Positions 47,500 through 61,855 of a stretch of 64,000 bases of DNA are shown here, piece after piece. The notes beneath the pieces were generated by a model that was not told the origin of the DNA, made no database searches, and saw only the letters and a list, made by a program, of their open reading frames with translations. The position numbers were made by a program, and so were the translations under genes. The stretch is taken from NCBI RefSeq assembly GCF_009914755.1, contig NC_060946.1. One strand, given 5' to 3'. Within the stretch, counting starts at the first letter, position 1; each line of letters begins with the position of its first letter. This DNA is from the human T2T-CHM13v2.0 reference genome, Homo sapiens.

Positions 47500-49300
47500 C
47501 AGTTCAATGCAGTCATTGTTTTATCTCTTGGAAGAAGCATTTCTCCAGTGCAACTAAGACTCTAGACTCACAGAGCCCGAGGTTGTGGGGGAGGACATTA
47601 AATTTTGCTCATGGATCACTAAGGACGTTTTTGAGTGGAGCCACTACAATTTATTCATTGATTCCTGGACTCATGGATCCTGACTGTGGGAGAAATAGTA
47701 CTGCATATTGGGCACTGCTGTACAGCGCATGCCCCATCCTCAAAGTCATTGCCCAACCTTACATGTTTTTGCCATCCTGCTGCCACAGTAACTGAGTCTT
47801 CAAGCAGACACTGAGCCATTCATATAAGCCAGATGCCACATTGGTGAAGATGGTAAGACACTTGAATGCCATGAGGATGGGCCCATGGTTGCTGTTTATT
47901 TGCTGTGATATGAGTTCCTTGGTCAAAGCCCCCTGTGGAATACCATCATGGTGGGTGAAGCATTCTGTAGTCCAGAGATAAAAGGTTTGGCAGAAGCACT
48001 GCAGTCAAAGAAAGCAAATCCCTGTCTATACTAAGTGTGTATTCTGGCAAGAGCAAAGAGCTATCCCTGCCATGAAGGAACAGCTTTAATGAAATTAATA
48101 TCAACCAGGCATCCTATAGGGATCTTCCTGTTGGTCTTCACTGTTGGCAGATGGTCACTCAGCAGTAGCTACAGCCAGGTCAGCTCTAGTGAGTGGTAGT
48201 CCACTTTGATGAGTCCATGGACAGCCTCCTTTTCTGCAACCATAGGGCATTTGTTATTGAGCCAATTGGGCAATGATGGCAGTGGTTGGGGCAGACTGCC
48301 AGGTGTCCAGAGAGCCACCCATCCTACCAACCTGTTTAGCAAAATCAATTCCTTCTCATGTCAGACTTTACAAAATATTCACATAGGAGATAAATATTCT
48401 CATGCTTTCTGCTTGCTCACACATCTCTCCCTCAGACACAGTTGTGATCAATATTCTGATTGTATTTCCTGTGTCCCTGAACATCCTTGATCATCTTCCA
48501 AGTCCCTGAGTCACAGCCCATGAAGTAGGAACCTCTGCCCGTCTCTCTTTGCAGATGACATGAACCAGGTACACTGCTCTAAGTTCTGCCTTAAGGAGAG
48601 TGTTCCTCCACCACTGCTGTTCAGGGAAGCCCAGAGGCCAGGTGGGATACTAGCACTGTCCACAGCAGGGATGGCTGCATGTCCTGCAGAAACCTCTGTA
48701 ACCCCAGTCTAAGTGCCTCCTCCTAGGCAGCTGGTCCCAGGGAGCCCCTCAGGAGGCCCAGGCTGTAAGGTGAGAGGACGGCCATGGGGCAGGAGTTGGC
48801 CCGTGTCTATCTGGCCACCTCTTCATGCAACTTATTTGTCCTTGTGACCTGATCCATCAGGTCTCAGGTACAGCCCAGCCATGTGATGGGGAGGCCGCTA
48901 TAAATGGCCACCTCGGACTGGGGGTCAGATAACATCCAGCTCATTGGCAGCTTGTGTCCCATGGTGAGCTCTGTGGCCACAGTCACAAAGAGCCCCTGTT
49001 GAGGCCCAGGAGCCCCCCCAGTCTTCCTCTAATGGAGCTTTCTGCTCATTTAGAAAAATAACAATGGGGAGGTTGCTCGCCTACCTCAGGTCTAGGGTCA
49101 CTGGGACCACCTAGACCACATCCATGATCTTGTCTGATTATTCTGATTCCTTGTTGGCTTAGCTATGCATTAGTGTAACCAAGCCACAGTGTCTTAGGCA
49201 CTAAAATGCCACTACTTGGCCCCTGCCTACCCTGGGGTCCTGTCAACCACATCTTGGTATCCAATTCAGTTTTAGCACCACTAAGAGAAATCTATTTTTA
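47500..49300 (-). mobile_element. Ancient ERVL-class internal (pol) relic
   Basis: GGACTCATGGATCC, CCAGTAACTGAGTCTTC and TCATCTTCCAAGTCCCTGA motifs shared with ERVL integrase/RNase H; heavily decayed. Confidence 0.6.
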
Positions 49301-49538
49301 TATTGAGAACAGGAAACATTAGTTATTTCTATTGTGGAAATTTTATAAGACAATAGTGTGGAAATGTTTTAAGAGACATTTTACTTAGAGTGAAAGACCT
49401 TCCATTAAACCACTCAATAAATTGCTCCATAAATGGCCAGCCCAAACCCTGAGTTCAGACCAGGCACAGCCTCGGTGTTGGGACCTTCTGGGAATGGGTC
49501 TCTGTCATCAACCCTTCTCTACCCTCCTGTCTGCACAG

Positions 49539-49884
49539 CCCTGGGCCTCCTACATGCAGGGACAGCTCCCCTCAGTGTCGGTAGCCCTGGGACAGATGAC
49601 CATGATCATATGCTCTGGAGATAACCTCGGAATAAACACGCATTTTGGAACAAGCAGAAGCCAAGCCAGACCTCAATGTCGGTCCTCTAGTATAACATCG
49701 ACCAGCCCTCAGAGACCTCTGCTTAATTTTTAGGCCACAAACTAGCGAACATGGCCACCCTGACCATCAGCAGTGCCCAGGCCAGGGACAAAGCTGACTA
49801 TTACTGTGCCTCAGATTGTGACAGTGGGGGCAGCTGGCAGGGACTCACAGTGACAAAGACAGATGGGGACTTGCAACAAACTGT
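49539..49884 (+). pseudogene. Degenerate V3-related lambda V relic without a leader
   Basis: Acceptor at 49537-49538, [31 protein letters not shown], frameshift and stops, MATLTISSAQARDKADYYCASDCDSGGSWQG, then CACAGTG (49846-49852), 23 nt, ACAAACTGT. The upstream 100 nt resemble the IGLV3-10 intron. Confidence 0.88.
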
Positions 49885-52800
49885 CCCACTTCAGCCTGCC
49901 TCTCATTCTTACCTGCCCTCTGAGCAGCTGTAGGTCAGGCCTCAGAATCAGGTGTCCTCTCTGGTCCTAACCTGGTCCCTGCAGGGCCGGAGATTCGTAA
50001 CAGCTTTTCCATACTCTCAGGGCCTACATGTGTTCAATAAAACCTGTACGGGGGAAGCTCGTTGAAGCTGCAAGGACCTTTTACAGGTTTGTAGAACACA
50101 TGAGAACTTCAGGAATCCATATAGTGTCACATGGCTCCATGTGTAATTACACGTCACACAGGGAAGGAGAGAGCTGTTTCACAGGGTGCAATCCTACTGG
50201 AATTCGTCTTTTCCTTGCGTAGAAACAGCTTAGTGGAAGCCGTGTCTCCTCTGGTTTCCTAGATGAGTTGACCCCACATTGTAATGGGGCACCTGAGGCC
50301 TAAGGAGGACAGGAGACCCAACCCCTGTGGGCCCCAGGAGCCTTCCTGTCCTGACATTTCACAGAAACTGCAGAGGAAGTGCAGACCCAACCTTTGTTTC
50401 CACCTGGGGACTGTCTTCAGGGAACACTGACCTTTCCCAGTCCCCAAATTCCCAGGACCTGTCTGACCTGACTAGGTGTGCCTCCAGCTCCCTGATAGCT
50501 TGGATTTTATCTCTGGGCTCTGGGCTGCTTTCTGAGGAGCTCACTAAGAAGTCCTTGGTGCCAAGTGCAGGACTTGCCCCTCTGCTCCATATCCCGGGTC
50601 TGCAGGCACAGGGGACAGGTCCTGCTAGGTGAGGCTGGCACCCTCTTCCAGGAGGGATCTCTCATCCCAGGCCCTAGGGACAGGTTCACTGGGCTTTCTT
50701 TTCTCACTTAGAATCTCTTAGTCTTTTTGTTTCCTTCTTTAAGAGTACAACTGCTTTTTGGTGAAATCATGTGTATACATCAAAGTTAACAGACTACTGT
50801 CACAAGCGCATATATATACACATCCTCTTCCTAGATGGGGTAACCGTGGACACTCTGCCATAGTCGTCTTTTTGTTTCTCTCTCTCTACCACAAGTGAGA
50901 CTATTAATAGCACTCTTCTATGCAGACCATAATCATATTCTCCAGTTGCACAAGAACGATTCTTATAGTTGCTCAATTTCCTTGCCTTTCAGGACCCTGA
51001 AGTTTCCCATGCCCACATTTGGTTGCCATGTCTCTCTGATCCAACAGTATTCCTTGGAAGCCGAAGCTTATGAAACATTTTGCAAAAAGTTCCACAAGAA
51101 AACTCAAGTTCCTTGTGCACAGTTGGACCATGTTCATTGTGTGCAGTAGAACCTCGTTCCAGTGTTGAGTCCATTTTATGTTTTGACCATCAAAGGGAAG
51201 GGCATTATGACTTTTGGGGACTGAGTCGATGGAGGAAAGATAGCAGTCGATGATGACCTTATGCACTGATGTGTATGTGGCCAATGTCTATAGATGGATT
51301 TGGAACTTGAAGGAGCTGTTCATTCTGCAGATGGAATTTCCAGTGCCGCATCTCCACCACCCAGCCACTAGCACTCGGCAGGTGCTCTGTAAGAGGAAGC
51401 CCTTCACTGCCAATCAGCCATTACACAGGTGAAGGTGAGTGAGACTTAATAGCTATTAACCCTCAAAACAAACTGAGGAATAAACTCAGGTTCACAAAGT
51501 GACTTTGCGGGAACAGCCTGAGGAAGCAAGTTAATTAGTAGCAGAAGGTTTTGCCCAGAGCAGGAGGAATCACAGGATCACTGAGGACCTAGTGATACCA
51601 TGGTGTGGAGGTGCTGTGAAGCATGGTGACATTCAAGAAAACCTGTTCTCTACAAACACCTACCTACCCACAGGCACAGCAGACACCCCAGCTATGCCAA
51701 GGGCTCTGTCTTCCTCTAGAGTAAGAGCCTGGTAGCAAACAGGTATCCTCTGAAAGGCAGGTGCCCCATCAGTCAGCTCTGCACGACTGAAACAAAAGGA
51801 AAATTGCCAGAGAACTTTCCAGAAAACAGTCAACCTGCTTGTGCTGGTGCATTGATGGTGACCCAGGATCAGTGGAAGTAACAGTAGCTTAATTTCCCCA
51901 TGGCTGCATGATGGACACCGGGAGAGAAGTGTGGAGGCGGATTAACCACCACTCTAAGTGGCTTCAGCCCTAGGTAAGCAGGAACAAGTGAGGGGGCTGA
52001 GCCCACTTGTGTCTAATCAGTCCCAGCCTCAGCGACTGCATCCTGGAGACCAACAGGGAGTGTATGCGCTCAGCCCCTCCCAGATTGCTGAGCATAAGCA
52101 AGAAATTTCCCTCCGCACACCTGACGCACCACACACCTGCCCCCAGCTCCTCACTTACAAGACAATATCAAATCAGACAGGGACTGGTCTGGGTCCCAGA
52201 TCCCCTCAGGTTGCCGCTGTCCTCTCAGATCCCCACACACAGCAGACTCTTCCCCTCACACTCCTGTTCCAGGTTACTCTTCTCCAATATGATGGGGGTT
52301 TGCTTTCATTGTTTCTGTATTTTTTGTATTTTTATGGGTAAGCTGAGCCCCTTTTACCTGGTCTTGAGTCAGGCAGGGGCCACACAGAGAAGAGGAATTC
52401 CTCCCCAGGGGCCAGCAGTCCACGGATCAAGGCATCAGGGACCTGAGCAGTAGGTTCTGTTCCTATGCCTGGACCCAGGAGGCCCATGAGCCTCCAGCAG
52501 TCAGTATGGAGCAGCCACCAGGGGGGCAGCAAAGAGTCACCTGGGAAAGCCACCTCGGGATGGGGTGGACCTGGGCATCAGGGAGATGCTGACATGCAGG
52601 GAGGGTCAGTGACCACGACCTGACACCTGGAGGGAAAATAGGTCCTTCTTTTTCTAGAGTGTTGTCCTTGACACTGATGTAAAAATTCTAGCATCAAATT
52701 TTATCTTCAGCTTTTGTAGATGCTCCTATTTCCCTGACAAAGGTCCAGGCACTTGACTTCCCCACACATCCTCTCCTCACACACCCAGTTGTGCTAAAAT

Positions 52801-53900
52801 GCTGTCCCTGTCACGCACAGTGTCCTTCCTGAGGTGACACGTGTCCCCCTCCCTGCCCTTTGCTCTGGGAGCCCCTGTCCTGTAGACACAGCAGCTTCTT
52901 CTTCCCTGGCTGCTCCCCATCTCCACTGTCCCTGGGCTTTCCCATCTGTCTCCTGGGAAAGCTGCCAAATCACAGGTCTCAATTTCCTTGTGAGGCACAA
53001 AATAGTTGCTCATTAACCTTCTGTTGACTTAATTAAGTTTTTAATTCCTTGATTTGTTTTCCCCAGCAACTGAAGACAACTTAGTCATAATAAACATTCA
53101 TTTCCAGGGGTCTTGCAGTTTGCTGACCCCTCTCATTCTCTCATGGAGCAAACATTTTCTTGACCTCCTTATCTGTCATTGGTCCTCACAGCACCCTGGG
53201 GACACTGAGGCACAGCATGTACGACCTGCCCTGGAGCTCACAGCCAACGAGGAAACTTACCGCATCCCATGGATCTTCCAACACTCCATGTGCACTTGGC
53301 AACCAAGAAATTTTATTCTTCTCTAGCACTGAGGAGCTGTGCCCTGGGGTGGGGTCTGTACCTATCCAAGGCACATGCTGTCACCTGTAGAGTGTGGATA
53401 GAGGGTCCTTGCATTAGGTTCTGGAAAGTGTCTTCAAAAACGGATTTAGGCCTACACCCAAAATCTCCTCTCTGGCACAAATTATTCATGATCAGGATAC
53501 ATCTAGAGGCCTAGACCAAAATTCACCACCTCCCTCCTGAGCCAGAATGGAATGGAGGAGGGGACTGGGGACCCCAGATAATTTCCCCATCACCACTGTG
53601 ACTCTATGGCCACCTCCTGCAACAGTTAGGGATAATCACATAGGAAGGGCTTCATGTATCCTAGGAAAAACACCCAGAGTCACTTATGAGCTCTACCATG
53701 ACCAAGTGAGCCCAGGAGTCGGGTTGAGCACAGCGTGGTGTGGAGATATCTGCAGAGACCGTGGAACCAGTTTGTAAAGGAGATCCTGTAGGCTGAGGGT
53801 GAGAGTGCAAGGCCACTCCTCCCCCTCTCTGCATCCTTTGGGGCTAAGCCCTTCTCTGGAAACCACAAAGCTCCTCCAGTAGCAGCCCTTGACTCTGCTG

Positions 53901-53940
53901 ATTTGCATCACAGGCTGCTCTCTTCAGCAAGGGGATAAGA
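53901..53940 (+). promoter_or_regulatory. IGLV3-9 promoter: octamer ATTTGCAT (53901-53908) and GATAAGA box
   Basis: Consensus octamer about 100 nt upstream of the ATG. Confidence 0.9.
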
Positions 53941-54002
53941 GAGGGCTGGAAGGAACCTGCCCAGCCTGGGCCTCAGGAAGCAGCATCGGGGGTGCCGCAG
54001 CC

Positions 54003-54669
<667 letters not shown>

Positions 54670-57590
54670 CTTTCGCCATCTATGTCACCCTCTTTCTCTA
54701 ATTCAAGGAGGACTATGAACAAAGCCTTACGCAGATCTGGTTAAATTCTCTTTAATCTCTGCCCCCAGCCTGTCCCTCCCTCCAGTCCTTCAGGCGGGGT
54801 CTGCAGAAAGTGCATCAGTAGTTCATTTAGGGTGATGTGATCAGGATGGACTGGTGTTTTGGTGACTCAGCTGTGACTTGGGAAAATAGGGCCTGCATGG
54901 AAGATCAGACTGAGGTAGACATCCACAGTTGTCTCTGGATTTCCATAGGTGGTGACAGGCCAGTCCTTGCCCCAAATGTCCTAGATCAGTCCCCAGAACT
55001 GCCCAGCTCAGGCTCCTGTGGTAGCCTGTCATTCTTTAGAGAAACACCAATGGAGTAGACACTGTGGGATCTGCCCAGATCCCCTGTTCTGAGCTTACCC
55101 ACTAAGCACTACTGGGAGCTTCTGGCAGGTCAGAGCTGTGTCCTCACTGTAAAGTGCTGTTCGGTGCAGAAAACAGACTCCTCCAGGTCTATGCCCTTTC
55201 TCAGTGAGGTTAGATTTCATGACTGCCTGAGGCCGAGTTCTCGACTCTGCCTCAATATAGGAAGACCTGAAAATCCTCCCAGCTCCACAGCTCTCTGTAG
55301 GAAAGACTTGAGACCTCAATGAGGGTCAGGGTCTCCTGCCCAGGGTTGCCTCCCTCACCTCCTTTCACATCCTCTGTGCATGCAATTCCTCATCTCAGAG
55401 TCTGCTTCCAGGGAACCCAATTAAGATCACCAGCCATCCCCAACATGGGCCATGTGGGACTTCAGGAGGCCACTGTATGCTGGAAAGCACCTGTTTATTC
55501 CTAAATTAGCACTGTGAGTATCCACACGCCCAATGAGATCTGAGTGTTTCTTGCATTTGCATGGAATGAGAAGGGAGCCTGACTCGCCAGGTGCTCTGGG
55601 GTCTAAGGGAGAGTTGGAGTCAGATCTCCCTGCAGGGAAACCTGGGGCAGGAGGAGCAGCCTTACCCCATGCAGGGACCACAGATGCACCCACAGGGTGA
55701 GCTTAAGTATGGACACTGCCTACCTCCACCCTCCACATCCTGTGTAAAAAATCATTCTTTCCACCCCTCCTCCAGCCTATCAAAGTTGACACTTAAAAAG
55801 CCACCACAACCCACCCTTGTCAACAGGAAACCCATTCACATCTCCATCAGCCACACAATCTCCACATAAAGATTCTTCAAAAAATAATAACAATAGCCAT
55901 GCAAAGTATATGATATATATCATAAATAATTGTACTTAGATTATATATGAAAATGATACTCTTTTTGATATGCTAGGTAAATAAAATACATTATTTAAAC
56001 TCATTGACTTCTTCTCTTTGTATTTATAACATGATGACTAGACAGTGGGATTCCCATGAGGCTCACATCACATTGTGATTGAACAAGGCTGGTCTGCAGG
56101 GCTTCAGGTTACAGGGGCTGTGGAGTGACCTGGTGCAGGAAGCCCCGTCTCCATCCATAGGACATCAGTGTGAACCCAGGGAGAGGCGCTGGTATAAGAG
56201 AGATGAGAACACAGGTGTGAACCACCTGCTTGTGCAGGGGACTGAGCCTTCACTTTGAGCCAAATAAGTTTTCTTTCCCAAGTTCGATCCTGAACAAGAG
56301 GGCTTTCTGGACTTCTTTTTGTTTTCAGGTTTGTGCCCCTTCAGGTTTGGGGCTGTCTGGAGTCCCAGCCAGGGGACAGTGAGGAAATCCAGCAGTCTCA
56401 CACTGACTCTGTTGTATTTCATCTGCTGGGGCCATCCCAAACTGCTGCGTACCATTTCCTTTCCTGGTGCTCAAATAGCTGCTCCATGCACTTGTCATGG
56501 TTTTATAGCTCAATCTAGATGGGAAGACAGGATAGTGTATGTTACAATATTTAAATAGAACCTGAATCCCTTAATAGTTATTTTAATATGGAACATTAAA
56601 AGAGTTGCATCATAGGCAATGGGGAAAGATGAAGAAAGATTAAACGCATTTGGAGGAAAAACTAAAAATGTCTTTATTGAATGTCTGTGTGTCTTCAGTG
56701 TCGAAGGGTTGAGAGAGGTCAGCTTTAGGTTGTCCTGAGGATGTGCTCAGATGGGGGAAAGTAAGAAAGCCGGAAACGTGCATCTCTGTGACCTGACACA
56801 TAAATCACAGTAAAATGGAAGTAAATCTTTCAATAAACCTTTCAAGATAACATCACTCTGGTGCACATAGAAAGGCCTGTTAGCAAACTTTCCCTTTTCC
56901 CTGCTGGCTCATATCCCCATGGATCACCTGTATGCAGAACGGACTCTGTGGTCTCCATTTATCAGGCTGAGAACCAGAGGCTGGGAAGGACAAGTCACCT
57001 GCTCATGAGTGGGAGGGGCAGGATTGGGAGCAGCGGACTCAGGCTCAGGACTGTGGCCCTGGTTGGTGCTCCTTGTTCCCTTCACAGGGTCCCACCCACA
57101 TGTGCCCGTGTGGATGTGGGTGCACTGCCTGGGGTGGCTGATGTGCTCCAGGGATTTGATGGTGCAGATGCTTCAGGACAAAGCATGGGAGTGGGGATGG
57201 GACGAGGCTGCCGCTGGGCAGACCAGGGACCAACGCCACCCAGCAGAGGCTTCCAGTGGGGTTGGGCAGCCCCATTTCCTGAGAATAGAGAGAACCTGGC
57301 AATGAGTGCCAGAAAGAGGTTACTTCGAGGTGTGCCCAGGCCTGGAGGGTCACAGAGACACAGGCACCACACAGCAGAGACACTGAGGGCCAAGAGCTCA
57401 CTCAGGTGAGGGGCTTCAGCAGATTTTTCTCTCCTGAGCAAATCACGTGCAAAGAAATCAACTTCCTGTCATCAGAATAGACAATCAGGGACTTTAGTCT
57501 CCTTGGCTGAGCCCCGCTGTCAAGGGAAGCAGAAGTCTCTAAGCCCAGGCCCAAGTGAGGGTGGGGTGAGAAGAGGAGCTCAGGATGCAG

Positions 57591-57635
57591 ATTTGCATGG
57601 AGGTCCCGCCCTTCTCTGAGGCAGAGGGGATAAGA
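57591..57635 (+). promoter_or_regulatory. IGLV2-8/MIR650 promoter: octamer ATTTGCAT (57591-57598) and GATAAGA box
   Basis: Consensus octamer about 100 nt upstream of the ATG. Confidence 0.9.
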
Positions 57636-57698
57636 CAGGGCTGGGGGCAGGCCCAGTGCTGGGGTCTCAGGAGGCAGCGCTCTCAGGACGTCACCACC

Positions 57699-58206
<508 letters not shown>

Positions 58207-59413
58207 TGCCCTGGGCTCTCAGGCCCCCTTCTTGCTCTGCAGATGCTTCCTCACGCTGTATAAGGGTTTCCTGCAGGATGGCCTTGACAATTCTCCTCTC
58301 TCAGCTCCTCTCCTTTCCCACCATGAGGTCTAAAAGGAAACCTGCTCGTGATTTCTCGTTCAGGACTGTGGCAACTTCCTTTTGCTTGTGTGCTCTGGTC
58401 CCTTAACGTGCAACTATTCCTAGCTCTTCAATGCAGGGACGTAGGGACAAGGAGTTTACTGCTTGGTGCAGTCCCTCCTGTTTTCAGGAACATCCTCATT
58501 CTAAATGCATCCCCCATCTGTCACACTATGCAGATCAATCTGGACAGAAGCCATCAGGGGGATGGCTTCCAGTTTCCAGGAATTGCATCTTGTTCCACTC
58601 TGTGTCCACCACGCTCTAATGAAGATGGCCCTCCTAGCTTAAAGTGACCACTTTAAGAAGACTTGAAGATGTTTTTGAGGGATTAAGAACAAAGAGGATG
58701 CTGCTGTTTTTCTTTTTATTGCTCCTGCTCTTTGCCGAAATTCCTCAGGTTGCTGAGCTGGGGAGATTTTGAGTGACAGGCTCAGTGCTCTCGCAGAATT
58801 CTCCTCCCCTCACATCGCTGAGGCCCTGTCCTGGAAACTCCTCACAAGTGGACGGTCTTCCCATAGGATGGGGGATTCCAAAATGGCTCCACAGGAAAGA
58901 GTTAACCTGAGTCCACCTCCCTTCCTCATGGACATCGAGCATTTCTAATTTTCATGGCTGTCAATACTTTTGTACCTGGAATCCCTAATAATCTAATGGT
59001 GAGAATTGATTTAGAACACATTCGGACATTAGCTGGGTCCAATATTTAAATTTTCTGAGCCAGTTGTTAAATACAGCTATTATCATATATAGTTTAGGCT
59101 CCTTAAACTTCGATTATACAGATTATATTTAAAACAAAGTAACTAGTTTACTATATATATTTACAAAGTAACTACTATATAACATCATGTTGTGTACCTG
59201 AAATATAAACACTAAAATTTATTTCAAAAACCAAAGTGTATTGTCTATTGATGCATAAAAAAACACTCACAAAACTTAGCACACTAAGAGAACACATGTC
59301 TGTGACCTTGTGACTTGGATGCACCTAGAATTGGGAGTAGCTTAGTTTGGTCATTCTCGCTCCTGGTTAATCACGAGGTTGCAGCCAAGCTGTCAGGCCA
59401 GGCTGCATTCAGG

Positions 59414-59540
59414 CTACATCTGCCAAAGAGGTTAGGAACTGTGGAAGCCTCCCTCTGGCTGTGGAAGCCTCCCTCTGGCTGTGGAAGCCTCCCTCTGGCT
59501 GGGAGACTTCCGCAGTTCCTAACCTCTTTGGCAGATGTAG
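59414..59540. repeat. 40-bp inverted repeat enclosing 3 x 20-bp tandem repeats
   Basis: Arms 59414-59453 and 59501-59540; unit CTGTGGAAGCCTCCCTCTGG at 59439, 59459 and 59479. Confidence 0.97.
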
Positions 59541-61216
59541 ATCATCTCAAGGATAAAGGAGAGAGTGGAGTGAAGGCCCCTGTCCTTGTCCTCCATGTAA
59601 AAGACCATCCCATGCATGCACTATTTTTTATTCTTTGCTGAGACATCCTAGGCATAGAGCACTGCCCCATTCATTCAAAGGTTGTAGAGTATTCTATGGT
59701 AGAATTTTAGCCAACTCACTTTTAATGGTTATTATCACTATTTTGATCTTATAAATAACACTGCAGCGAACATCCTTATGTAGACTCCTTTGATTTTATA
59801 TGTAGACATGACCATAGAATAAATTTCTAGAAGTCAAATTGCTGAGTCAAAAGGATGTGTGCTTGTAATTTTCACTCACTGTCCTCAGATTCTCCTCTAG
59901 AGGGGTTATCTACAAATTCGCAATGTCAGCCATAAATATTCGAACAGAGTACACTGGGGAAAGTTTAAATGTTTTTCAACCTAGCAGATTTAAAAATGTT
60001 ATCTTTTTTTAGTTTTGATTTCTCCTGTTCTGCTTGAAGTTGAGCATTTTCTCTAATACTTCAGTGCTATTTATTTTTATAATTTGGTAAACATTTTCTT
60101 AAATGTCCAGATAAGAAGGATTTTGGTCTGTGGTTCCCAAGAGTCAACTTTGAGGATATTCTGTAGGTATTTTTAGCACCATTTATAGTGTAACCATTTA
60201 AACCTATAAAAACCACTCTCAGCTCTGGGGCCATGGAAAAACAGGTGGCAGGACAGGGATGGCCCACAGGATGTGGTTTAACGGTCCCTGATTTGTAGGG
60301 TAATTTGAAGTTTGAGAATTCCACCGCATATGTTCTAGGTGGAGATCTCTATTTGAAGGATACTGTATTTTACCTCCTATAGTGGCCTGAGGCTTTTGGA
60401 TAAGAACATACTTGTATCATCTATTTAATTGGATCTTGGGTCTTCCCAGGACAGCCCTGTGTCACAGTCTCATGTTTTTCATCTCATCCATTTGCTCTGA
60501 GTTTTCAGAAAGCTTTAGTATATCAGAAATAGACTGACCCTAGGTGGAAAATCAGAGGTACCGGGAGCAGCAAATGGTCAGGGAAGCTTGCACCAACTCT
60601 GGAATAAACCAGTACAGGCTCAGAGAAAAACATCATAAAATCAGCATTGTAGCTGAAACCAAAAACATGCATGATCTTTGAAGTTCTGGGGATTATAAAT
60701 AAATAAATGAAGTTTAAGGTTTAAATGTGTTGCAAATTTACATAAAGCATGTAGATTTTAAAACTCAGAATGTAGCAATGAAATATGGAAGCTTGAGATT
60801 TTAAGCTGTTAAGGCCCTACAACAAATTGCCAGGAACAGAACAGGAACTTGATAGTCATAATGTCTTATGCTGGAAATTATCATTTTCTCTAAATGAAAT
60901 TTTTTTCCCTTTTTTCTTAGACATAAGGAAACATCTCATTGAACACCCTTCTTTTCCACTGTCAAACACCCTTACCCAGAAAGGAACTGTAACATTAAGT
61001 AGGAAACAACTGCTTTTTTTCATAACTATTGAGAGATTTCTTTATTTGCACATCAAAATGTTGATTGTCAATGCTAAAATTGGAATTAGTAATTTAATAT
61101 GCACACAAGAGATTAATTTTGTTTGGATTATCCCATTTCTGTCTATTATTTGTCTTAGTTAACTCAGACATATTCTGCTTTTGGTATTTTTTGTTTTATT
61201 TTCTTTGCCAACTACA

Positions 61217-61855
61217 TGTAAACCAAAAATAAAATTCCAATGCTCCCCCAACAACCCCGCCATCTGAGTGGACTCTCTTCTCTTGGTGGGGGCACTCCAA
61301 AGTTAATCTGAAAGACTGGTTCAGGCCATGGCAGAAAAGGGGTGTCAGACATGTCTCATTAAGCCCTTTTCCTTTTTGGAATTCAGGAAAAGCCAACCTG
61401 CACTTAACATCAATACAAATCTTAAGTCTGATAAGAAACATTTACAATCTATTCTCTCTGAAGCCTGCTACCTGGAGGCTTCCTCTGCATGATAAAACTT
61501 TGGTCTCCACAACTTATTATAACCCAGACATTCTTTTCTATTAATACTTTCAACCAACTGCTATCAGAAAAATTTAAAATCTATCTATAATCCAGAAGGC
61601 CCCACAACCCTGCCTCCCATCACCCTCTTGTTTTGACTTATCCTGCCTTTCTGGACTGAACCAATGTATATCTTGAATGTATATAATTGATATATCTTGT
61701 CTCCCTAAAATATATAAAACCAAGCTGTGCCCCAACCTCCTTGAGCACAAGCTCTCAGGGTCTCCTGAGGGTTGTGTTCACCAGTCATGGTCACTGATAC
61801 TTGGCTCAGGATAAATATCTTAAAATATTTTACACAGTTTGACTCTTTGTCAACA
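61217..61855 (+). mobile_element. Solo ERV1 LTR of the MER4 group
   Basis: TGTAAACCAAAAATAAAATTC...TTTGACTCTTTGTCAACA; TG...CA ends. Confidence 0.85.

Noticed and set aside
59439-59498. Three identical 20-bp repeats as a possible CRISPR-like array
   Set aside because: Head-to-tail with no spacers, in human DNA; it is a minisatellite.
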